64,000 nt of DNA from an uncultured Verrucomicrobia subdivision 3 bacterium (GTDB taxonomy: Bacteria; Verrucomicrobiota; Verrucomicrobiia; Limisphaerales; UBA11358). Made by a program: the position numbers and the translations under genes. This document shows positions 10,106-22,167 of the stretch, piece by piece (the stretch's first letter is position 1; every line of letters starts with the position of its first letter). Under the pieces are notes generated by a model, which worked only from the letters and a program-made list of their open reading frames with translations, was not told the DNA's origin and did not search any database. The stretch lies in assembly GCA_903944085.1 (NCBI GenBank), contig CAJAQO010000321.1:8340-72339 (forward strand), written 5' to 3'.

Positions 10106-11534
10106 ACCGAGAGCAGCGACGCGTGACGCGCGGCGTCTGGCCACCACTGGCCACCTTTCACTGATCACCGTTCACTGGTCACTCGGTTTGGTTTTCCTGC
10201 TCCTTCTGGCGGGCACGGGCTGCCGCTTGATTCGCGGGGTGGCGGAAGCTCCCGGCCAAGCCGTCCGCACCGTCGCCACCGGCAAGCCAAACGAGGACAC
10301 CGTGGACGCGGTGGACGTGCAACAGACGCTGCTGCGGTTCGCGGATGATTTCTCCGCCAGCATGACGGTTTGCGTGGATAAACTTCAGCGCGGCACGAAC
10401 GCACTGGAGCGCACCGAAGTCCTCCAATGGAAAATCGCGCTGGGCACCGAGACCTGTTCCATCGCCTCCGGGCCGAACGCCATCGCCAACCTGCTCGACA
10501 TGACCGTCTTTGTCACCGTTACCCGGGCGGCGGTGGAGGATCACTGGCTGCCGGAAGTTTTTGGCGAGTCCGCGCGGCCCATGCTGGCCAGTTGCCGGAA
10601 TGCCGAGACAGACATCTGGCGGCTCGCCGGGAAGGTGCTGAAACCGGCGCAGCAGACAGAGCTGCGCACGGCGATTGCGGCGTGGCGTCAGCAGAATCCG
10701 CTGCCAGAAAGCGTCCTCGCGGCCCGCGCGGTGGACTTTGCCTCGCAGGCGGCGCAGGCCAGCAAGGCGGACATCGCCAAGCCCGACAGCGTGTTCAGCC
10801 TGCTGGGCGTTGATCCGCTGGCCGGCATGGACCCCGCCGTGCGCGAGATTACCCAGACGCGGCTGTTCGCTGAACGCGCGCTCTACGTCACGCAGAAAAT
10901 GCCGATGCTGCTCCGGTGGCAGACGGAACTCTTGAGCCTCAATGCGGTGAACATGCCCGCCGTGCAGCAGTTGGTGACCAACTCCACGGAGATCGCCGCC
11001 ACCGTGGACCGCTTCGCCCGCATCGCGGAGCAGTTGCCCGGTCAGGTCAGCGCTGAGCGCGCGGCAATTCTCAAATCGCTTCAGGCGCAGGAGAAATCTT
11101 TGGCCCCGCTGGTCAATGACGTGCGCGACACGCTCGCGGCGGGCGCGCAAATGTCCGCCTCGCTGAATACCACGCTCACCACTTTTGACGCCTTGATGAA
11201 ACGCTTTGGCGTGGGCGAAACCAATCGCGCTCCATCGTCAAAGACCAATGCCGAACCGTTTCGCATTCAGGACTACGCGCAGACGGCGGCGCAACTCGAA
11301 GCGACGGCGCGCCAGTTGACCGAGCTGCTCGTCACGCTGGATCGAACGCTCGGCTCGACCAATCTCACGCAACTTTCCACGCAGATTGCTCCGGTGGTGC
11401 AGCAGGCGCGAACCAGCGGCAAGGAGATCGTGGACTACGCTTTCTGGAAAGGCATCCTGCTCCTCGTCATCGCGCTGCTGGCCGCCTTGATCTACCGTTT
11501 TCTCGCCGCCCGCCTGACGCCTGCGAAGCACTGA
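10095..11534 (+). CDS. helical envelope protein with a C-terminal TM anchor; start uncertain
   Basis: The ATG at 10095 overlaps the previous gene by 11 nt and would translate the heptamer tract. An in-frame TTG at 10188 gives a lipobox-like LLLAGTGC. C-terminal TM helix: ILLLVIALLAALIYRFL. Confidence 0.5.
   Translation: MRAEPRAATRDARRLATTGHLSLITVHWSLGLVFLLLLAGTGCRLIRGVAEAPGQAVRTVATGKPNEDTVDAVDVQQTLLRFADDFSASMTVCVDKLQRGTNALERTEVLQWKIALGTETCSIASGPNAIANLLDMTVFVTVTRAAVEDHWLPEVFGESARPMLASCRNAETDIWRLAGKVLKPAQQTELRTAIAAWRQQNPLPESVLAARAVDFASQAAQASKADIAKPDSVFSLLGVDPLAGMDPAVREITQTRLFAERALYVTQKMPMLLRWQTELLSLNAVNMPAVQQLVTNSTEIAATVDRFARIAEQLPGQVSAERAAILKSLQAQEKSLAPLVNDVRDTLAAGAQMSASLNTTLTTFDALMKRFGVGETNRAPSSKTNAEPFRIQDYAQTAAQLEATARQLTELLVTLDRTLGSTNLTQLSTQIAPVVQQARTSGKEIVDYAFWKGILLLVIALLAALIYRFLAARLTPAKH
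10141..10182. repeat. tract of six 7-nt units ending in CAC (ccaccac tggccac ctttcac tgatcac cgttcac tggtcac)
   Basis: Read directly from the sequence. It uses the same unit family as the tracts at 11532 and 12704-12815. Confidence 0.7.
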
Positions 11535-11552
11535 TTACTGAATACTGATTAC
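11532..11552. repeat. three 7-nt units: tgattac tgaatac tgattac
   Basis: Starts at the TGA stop of the preceding gene and lies between two lipoprotein-cluster genes. Confidence 0.7.
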
Positions 11553-11560
11553 CAAACACC

Positions 11561-12643
11561 ATGAAAACTTCCCGCACAAACTTCGTTTGCCTGTCCCTCG
11601 CGTCTGCCGCGCTGTTCACCGGCTGCACGCATCTCGGTCCCAAATCCGTGGCGGTGGACCGCTTTGATTACAGCACGGCCATCGCCGATTCATGGAAACA
11701 GCAGACGCTCCTGAACATCGTCAAGGTGCGCTACATGGATTTGCCGGTGTTCGTGGATGTGGCTTCCATCGTGGCGGGCTACTCCATGCAGACTGGCGTC
11801 ACCATCAACGGCACGCTCTCGACCGACAAAGCCGTGCAGGGCAACTTCGCCGCCGCCGGCGGCTCGGCCATCTACACCGACCGGCCGACCATCACTTATG
11901 TGCCGCTGACGGGGGAGAAGTTTCTGCGCGGCCTCATCACGCCGATTGATCCGAAGAATATTTTTTTCATGCTCCAATCCGGCTATCCGGCGGATTTCAT
12001 TCTGGGTCTGACCGTCGAGGGTTTGAACGGTGTGCGCAATCGTTCCACGGTCGGCGGCCGGGTGCGGGAGGCCGATCCGGATTTTGTTCGCGCCATGGAT
12101 TTGCTGGACGAGGTGCAGGCCGCCGGCGCGGTCGGGATGCGCGTCGAGGAAGACAAGGCCAAGAACCAGACGGCCGTGCTGTTCTTCCGGCGGGAGGACG
12201 TGCCCGCCGGCATCGCTGAGAAAACGGCGGAGATCCGGCGGCTGCTCAAGCTGCCGGAGGGGCAATCCAAGTTTGTGCTCACCTATTCGCCCACACGCGG
12301 GGCCACGAATGAACTGGCTGTGAACAGCCGTTCCATGTTGCAGATCATGTCCGCCTTTTCGAGTTATCTGGACGTGTCGGCGACGGACTTGAAAGCCCAT
12401 CGCGCGGTGCCCGCCTTTGAAAGCACCGCCCCGGCAAACCGCCAGGACGTGGTGCGCATCCGCTGCGGCAAGGACAAGCCGGCGGACGCGTTTGTGGCCG
12501 TGCAATATCGCAACCAGTGGTTCTGGATTGACGACGGCGACTGGCAGACCAAACGCGCGCTCACCGCCGTGATGTTCTTCTTCACCTTGGCGGACACCGG
12601 CACCAGCGACAAACTGCCGCTGATCACCATCCCGGCGCAGTAA
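11561..12643 (+). CDS. lipoprotein, unknown family
   Basis: Lipobox LFTGC, 360 aa. Confidence 0.6.
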   Translation: MKTSRTNFVCLSLASAALFTGCTHLGPKSVAVDRFDYSTAIADSWKQQTLLNIVKVRYMDLPVFVDVASIVAGYSMQTGVTINGTLSTDKAVQGNFAAAGGSAIYTDRPTITYVPLTGEKFLRGLITPIDPKNIFFMLQSGYPADFILGLTVEGLNGVRNRSTVGGRVREADPDFVRAMDLLDEVQAAGAVGMRVEEDKAKNQTAVLFFRREDVPAGIAEKTAEIRRLLKLPEGQSKFVLTYSPTRGATNELAVNSRSMLQIMSAFSSYLDVSATDLKAHRAVPAFESTAPANRQDVVRIRCGKDKPADAFVAVQYRNQWFWIDDGDWQTKRALTAVMFFFTLADTGTSDKLPLITIPAQ

Positions 12644-12703
12644 CCGGAGCACCTAGGCACAGCATGAAAATTCCGATTCCACCGCTGCAAACTTCTGAGG
12701 GTA

Positions 12704-12815
12704 GTGATCAGTTATCAGTGAACAGTGATCAGTTATCAGTGGTCAGTGATCAAATTACCCCCCACGCAGCGGACCAGCGACTGATTACTGATCACTGTTC
12801 ACTGATTACTGTCAC
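12704..12815. repeat. large hairpin built from 7-nt tandem units
   Basis: The left arm is seven GTGATCA-like units (12704-12752). The right arm (12782-12815) is five units of the reverse complement (tgattac tgatcac tgttcac tgattac tgtcac). The loop is about 29 nt. Confidence 0.75.
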
Positions 12816-12910
12816 CCTTTCCCCGACGACTGGTCAAAAACAGCCAATGGCGGCTTCAAATGTTGCCAAACCGGCTTTCCTCAACGACTTGGCTAAAACT
12901 GTTCTAACGG

Positions 12911-13120
12911 AATCTGGACGCCCAAATGGGGGTCATGGATGCCCAAACGCGGGTCGTGGATGCCCAGATGGGGATGGTGGACGGTCAAACGCGGGTGGTG
13001 GACGCCTAAACGTGGGTCGTGGACGGCCAGATGGGGGTCATGGATGCCCAGATGCCGGTCGTGGACGGTCAAACGTGGGTCATGGACGCCCAGATGCGGG
13101 TGGTGGACGGCCAAATGTCC
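12911..13120. repeat. 21-bp minisatellite, about 10 units, consensus GTCRTGGAYGCCCARAYGNGG
   Basis: The units were counted directly. The region is open in several frames on both strands, which is typical of a stop-free repeat rather than a gene. Confidence 0.8.
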
Positions 13121-13163
13121 TTCATGGCTGGCTTTTTGCCGGGGAAAATGAATTCACGCCCGC

Positions 13164-13305
13164 CCTCACCATGAACCGCGTAGCGTCGGCGTCCCGCCGG
13201 CGGGTTGGCCGGGCGTCCCGCCCGGCGATCGAACTGGCGGCGAGACGCCGCCGGCACTCGCCGCCGGGGACGGCCGCGCTACATGGGGGCCGGTTCATGG
13301 TGAGG
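13164..13305. repeat. palindromic intergenic element (REP/MITE-like)
   Basis: A perfect 15-bp inverted repeat CCTCACCATGAACCG ... CGGTTCATGGTGAGG is separated by 112 nt. The GC-rich inner segment is itself partly palindromic. Confidence 0.65.
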
Positions 13306-13411
13306 CTACCAATATCATTGTCGTTCGTGCCGCTCATCATTGGCCAACCGTTACCCCCACGCGCGCGCATTCGCAGCGAACCCAAACTCCCGGAAACCCG
13401 GAGGACTCCAG

Positions 13412-14665
13412 ATGAATAACCAGCCATCCAGTTGCCGGCCGCCGAGGCTCACGCCGCTGTTGCTCCTGGCCGGTCTGCTCCTGTCGGCGCTGCGCGGTTT
13501 CGCCGCCGCCGCGCCCACATCGGCGCTCGCCACCAGCCCCGTCGCCGAGTCCAACTTCGTCCTCACGACAAACATGGTTGTCGTCACCAACTACGTCGTC
13601 ACCACGAATCTGGTTTTCAACGCGAACCGCGTCGCGGCCGCGCCCACCAATGCCGCGCTGCCCGCCTTGAGCTGGGTGCCGCCGGAGGACAACTATGATT
13701 GGATTCAACTCAAGTCCGGCGAATGGCTCAAGGGCCGGCTCAAGGCCGTGCAGGAGCGCGTGCTGGAATTCAATTCCGAAGAATTGGACGACTTGACGTT
13801 TGATTGGAAAGATATCCGGCAGTTGCGGGCGCATCGGATTTTAGACGTGTTATTTACGAACGGGGAGAAGTTATCCGGTTTGGTCAACGTCACGCCGGAT
13901 AAGATCACAGTAGTTGGCGCGCAGTCACAGGTCTTTTCGCGGGAGCAAATTCAAAGCCTCACGCCGGGCGGCTCCAAAGAGTGGGACTACTGGTCGGGCA
14001 AGGTGTCGCTCGGCCTGAACTTGCGCGCGGGCAACACCCGGCAGGTGGATTACAACGCCAGCATTGATTTGCAGCGCCGCACCCCGGAGACGCGTTTTTC
14101 CATTAATTACCTGGGCAATCTCAGCAGCGTGAACGGCGACGAGAACGCCAACAACCATCGCGTGAACAGTGAATTCGATTACTGGCTGTCGCGGCGATTC
14201 TATCTGCTCGTGCCGAGCGTGGAATATTACAAAGACCCGTTCCAGAATCTGGCGGACCGCGTGACCGTCGGCGGCGGCCTGGGTTATGACCTGATTGACC
14301 GCCCGACGCTGGAGTGGAACATCACCACCGGCCCGGCCTACCAGTATGCCTGGTTTGATTCCAGCGAGCCCGGTGATCCAACCGAGAAAGGCACGGCGGC
14401 GCTCGCCTTCAGCAGCCGCTTCAAATGGGACATCGCTCACCGCACCAAGTTGACCTTGGAATATCGCGGCCAATACACCAGCCGCGAGGTCGGCGAAACT
14501 ACTCACCACGGCGTCGGCACCCTGTCCTTTGAATTGACCAAGCGCTTTGATCTGGATGTCTCCTTCATCTGGGACCGCATCTCCGATCCTAAAGTGGGTG
14601 CGGACAAGATACAGCCCCAGCCGGACGACTTTCGTCTGGTCGTCGGCTTGGGCGTGGACTTTTGA
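13412..14665 (+). CDS. DUF481-family outer-membrane protein (YdiY-like barrel) with an N-terminal extension
   Basis: Signal peptide after the ATG at 13412. The C-terminal half (WSGKVSLGLNLRAGNTRQ...SEFDYWLSRRFYLL...YYKDPFQNL) matches the DUF481 pattern. Confidence 0.7.
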   Translation: MNNQPSSCRPPRLTPLLLLAGLLLSALRGFAAAAPTSALATSPVAESNFVLTTNMVVVTNYVVTTNLVFNANRVAAAPTNAALPALSWVPPEDNYDWIQLKSGEWLKGRLKAVQERVLEFNSEELDDLTFDWKDIRQLRAHRILDVLFTNGEKLSGLVNVTPDKITVVGAQSQVFSREQIQSLTPGGSKEWDYWSGKVSLGLNLRAGNTRQVDYNASIDLQRRTPETRFSINYLGNLSSVNGDENANNHRVNSEFDYWLSRRFYLLVPSVEYYKDPFQNLADRVTVGGGLGYDLIDRPTLEWNITTGPAYQYAWFDSSEPGDPTEKGTAALAFSSRFKWDIAHRTKLTLEYRGQYTSREVGETTHHGVGTLSFELTKRFDLDVSFIWDRISDPKVGADKIQPQPDDFRLVVGLGVDF

Positions 14666-14826
14666 ACCGGAGGAGCTTTCATACCGGTGGTCAGTTCCTG
14701 CACCCTGAGCATCACGGCCTGTAGTCGCAAGGCCACACGGGCTGCGCGGTCGGTTTGGGCGGCTTGGCGCAACGCTTCGAGCCGTTGGAGCGTGCGGGAA
14801 TTACTGCGGGGAAAGATGGACGGCAC
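14666..14826 (-). pseudogene. possible 5' fragment of an IS630-like/HTH transposase
   Basis: The minus frame reads ...RTLQRLEALRQAAQTDRAARVALRLQAVMLRVQELTTG, resembling the N-terminal HTH of IS630-type transposases. It is cut off by the DUF481 gene end. Confidence 0.25.
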
Positions 14827-15134
14827 AATCGTTAATCGTATGTCGCTCTACTTATACGCACACCAGTTCAGCCCATGGCCGCACTGCCGGGCAAGGGGAA
14901 AAACGCCTTCGCTTTTGAAAGCCTTTCTTAAGAAATAATTTTAAGCAATGATGAAGGCGTTGTGGCTATTGTAATGTCGTTTTATTTAGACACAGACATA
15001 TAGGAACACCCTGGTCGCGGGTGACCCTCATTTGCCGTAACCCTTAACCCATGCCCGCAATCGTTCACCACACCTCCAGTCGCGCCCGCATGGCCAAGGA
15101 TCGGACTTTGCATCGCCTCTGAATCCCAAAATTC

Positions 15135-15608
15135 TTGGGCAGCAATCTGCTTTTCGCGCTGGCGTTCCATGGTGTTCCAGCTTTCAGCGCAACCATCCCA
15201 GCCACTCAAAGCGTCAACTTGGCGTGAATCCCAAGCTCTGACCCCAATGTGGTCGGCTACAATGTTTACTATGGTGGGGCGAGCGGCAGCTACACCAACG
15301 AAATCAATGCCGGCAATGTGACGACCATCACCATTTCCGGCCTGGTCGCCGGGGCCACGTATTATTTCGCCGCCACGGCCTATGACGCCCTTGGAAATGA
15401 GAGTGATTTTTCGTCTGAAATCAGCTATCTGGTGCCGGCCAATCTGCCCGCCATGCAGAACCGCAGCGGGCTAACCGGACAATTCATTCTGACCGTGTCC
15501 GGCTCGCCAGGCCAGATATATGACGTGCAGGCATCGCTGGATTTTACCGACACAAACGCGGCAAATTTCCCGCAGCGATTTTACCGCACCTGGGAGAGCC
15601 GGCCGTGA
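15135..15608 (+). pseudogene. FN3-domain secreted protein interrupted by an in-frame TGA at 15225-15227
   Basis: The frame reads (TTG)GSNLLFALAFHGVPAFSATIPATQSVNLA-TGA-IPSSDPNVVGYNVYYGG...ATYYFAATAYDALGNESDFS...RFYRTWESRP*. The TGA sits exactly where the conserved FN3 Trp is expected. Confidence 0.6.
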
Positions 15609-16870
15609 TGCTGCTCAACATCGGTTCCAGCGGCGGCCCGATGGATGGCACCAGCGCTCTTTGTCAGTCAATCAACCAAGCGGTGGGGCCAGGTATTCCC
15701 GGATTCGTGTTTGTCACCGGCACCAGTGATGACGGGGGTATGCCCAGTCATGCGGCGGGGACCGTGGCCCCAAACGGGACGGCTACAATCCAAATCAACC
15801 ATGGCAACCCTGGCACGCTTTATTTTGATTTGTGGTATTCGAGCACAGATCGTTTTGACGTCACCATTACCACCCCGCACGGCACCTACGGTCCCTATAC
15901 ATCACCCGCCGCGAACAACACCTACGATATTCAAAACACGAGTGACTTTTTGTATTACCAGCTTGGTGGCAGCGTCAATTTCTATAACACAATAATCCCA
16001 CAGCGGGAAATCTACGCGCAACTCACCGGCCCGACCGGGGCCTACAGCGTTACGCTCACCGGGACGGTGGTGACCAATGGACACTTCAAAGCTTCCCTGA
16101 ATCCCTCGCAGATCTACAATCCCTCGGCTAACAGCAACTATTTCACCAGTTACGTGGTCCCGGGCTATAACATCTGGGATCTGGCCAGCGCAACAAATGA
16201 TATCTGTCCGAACGATTACGTGCATCGCACCAACTGGGTGGATATTACCGGGGTAGCCAGATCGGAAGCGGACGAGGGCGGACTCGGTCAACTTTGGGGC
16301 GGCACCGGTCTGGGGCCGACTTATGACGGAAGAATTGGCGTGGATGTCAGTGCCCCCGGCGAAAGCGTGTTCACGGTTTACAACACCAATTCCTATTGGG
16401 ACACCTTCCAGTTCAATTTGATTCAAGACGGCTTGGGTCTTTATGGCCGGGCTGATGCCACCAGCGCGGCTAATCCACTGGTGACCGGCATCATTGCCCT
16501 GATGCTCCAAAAGAATCCAAGACTCGACGCCGCCATGGTGAAGCAGATTCTGCATCAATCCGCCAAGGCGGACATGTTCACAGGTGCTGTGCCCAATCCG
16601 CAGTGGGGCTATGGCAAGGTAAGTGCATCCAACGCACTGGCCTTGGTGCAGGCAACCCTGCCGGCCCTTTCAATGCCGGCAGTAATCAATCAGCATTTTC
16701 AGGCGCTGGTGCAACCAACCGTTCCCGGTTGGCAATACCTGCTCCAAACCTCGACCAATCTTGTGTCCTGGTCCGCCATCCTCACCAACACAGCTACGTC
16801 CAACCTCCTGGGAATAGTTGATTCCGGGGCCGTGAGCGGAGCCCGTTTCTACCGAGTCTTCACTCAGTAA
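15605..16870 (+). pseudogene. S8 (subtilisin-like) serine peptidase lacking its N-terminal catalytic Asp/His region
   Basis: The ORF begins inside the (V)LNIGSSGGPMDGTS block. It has a Ser-region ATSAANPLVTGIIALMLQKNP and an RFYR-type C-terminal domain. The upstream frame closes at 15521, so no Asp/His segment is present. Confidence 0.6.
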
Positions 16871-16925
16871 TACGCTGTTTCGGCGTTTTACACATGCCCT
16901 CTCTTAAGAAACTAGACGTATAAGT

Positions 16926-17723
16926 TTACGAGGCTGAGACCAATGTGAGGCCGAGCGCGGCGGCATTTTGCAGAAGACGTTTTAGTTTTTTCTGGTTGGA
17001 ATGGGCGATGGCTTGGTCCCAAACGGAGGGGTCGTAAGGGGCGCGAAATTTCACCATGTGCCAGATGATCCGTGCGAGTTTATGGGCCATGGCGGTGATG
17101 GCTTTTGGCGTGCCCAGACGAGCTTTCCAGCGGCGGAAGCAATCCCCGAGATAGTCCTTGCTGTGCCAGAGGCTCTGGGCGGCGAGGCGCAAGGCCTTGG
17201 CGGAGCGGCTATTGACGTGGCGGGTTTTGACGGAAAGGATTCTACCGCCGGTGATGCGGTTGTCAGGACAGGCTCCGAGCCAGGAGGCGAAACATTTGGC
17301 GGTGGGAAAGCGGGTGGCGAAATCGGGTCCGAGTTCGGTGTAGCGCACCAAGGCGGTGCTGACTTGGATACTGGGGACTTGGGTCAGATCCACGCCGCTG
17401 AGGCGATAGAGTTCGGCGCGGGTATCAAATTTGGGTTCGTTGCGTTGGGGTTTCTTATTGCCCCGCCGATTGGCGGGCAAGGGATGCTGCGCCAAATTGA
17501 TTTTACTGTCGCACTGCCCCATTTGTCGTTGGACCTGATCGTCGCACTGGCCGATGAGTTTTTGGTAATGACGCCAGGTGTCCAAGGCTTGTTGGATGAC
17601 AAAGAGATGTTCCGTGCGCCAGCCAAGGTGGCGGCTTGCGTGCGCAGGGCTTTGATCGATTTGAGCCACGTCCCGTTCGAGCCGGCGGACAAGGCTGTGG
17701 GCTTGGCGGCGCAAGGGCGGCAC
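16926..17723 (-). mobile_element. IS110-family transposase, C-terminal portion only (5'-truncated)
   Basis: The Transposase_20-like block is GVDLTQVPSIQVSTALVRYTELGPDFATRFPTAKCFASWLGACPDNRITGGRILS. The N-terminal DEDD domain (about 130 aa) is absent. Confidence 0.75.
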
Positions 17724-17860
17724 GGTGAGGCGTTCGGCCTGCTGGCGTTTGGGCCACGAGGATTTCCAAGATCACGCGGCTGGAATGGCCGCACATTGAC
17801 CTAGAGGAAAATTTTATTGGGGTTAAAGCGCAACCCGCAGAGACCGACGCGCGCCGAATT

Positions 17861-18099
17861 GTGCCGTTGAAACCAAATTGGAAAGCGCTCCTGCTCCCGC
17901 TGGCGAAGAAAAATGGCAAAGTTGTTACCATTGTGAACACCACCAAGAGCCCGTGGAAACTTTGGCCGACGCCCGGAAGCTCAACCAAACTTGGATCTCC
18001 CCTGACCACGAAGTCGCGCCGCACAGCGCTCTGGCCAGGTGGTCGCCAGCCACTTTCTATCAACAATCGTTGACACAATCACAAACAAAAACTACTTAA
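17861..18099 (+). pseudogene. frameshifted C-terminal remnant of an rve (integrase-core) transposase
   Basis: One frame gives ...KKNGKVVTIVNTTK (compare NGKVERFNRTLK). The next frame gives ...LADARKLNQTWISPDHEVAPHSALARWSPATFYQQ (compare YNxxRPHSALGxxTPxxF). Confidence 0.4.
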
Positions 18100-18233
18100 A
18101 CACCTGGCCAGTTTAAACTGGGTCATACCAACCGCTTGGTTTATGGCTGCGCTGGCTTTATTGGATACATCATCATATCCTGATGCGTTGATTTTAAATT
18201 TGCATTCATGCCGGCCTCGGCTATTTTTCACGC

Positions 18234-22109
<3,876 letters not shown>

Positions 22110-22167
22110 CCCGGCCAAAACTGGCGGCTGGACTTCGCCCGCAGCTTTTCGTCAAGATGGGCGTGCC

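Noticed and set aside
12664-13419. A 251-aa ORF spanning the heptamer hairpin, the 21-bp minisatellite and the palindromic element.
   Set aside because: It is composed almost entirely of repeat DNA, other frames on both strands are equally open, and it has no signal, domain or RBS. I treat it as non-coding.
14982-15209. A 75-aa minus ORF.
   Set aside because: It lies antisense to the N-terminal signal-peptide region of the FN3 pseudogene and has no recognisable motif.
18100-18233. A riboswitch (cobalamin, SAM or SAH) upstream of metH.
   Set aside because: I could not recognise any conserved core, such as the B12 box. The spacer follows transposase debris and looks unstructured by eye. A covariance-model scan (Rfam) would be decisive.
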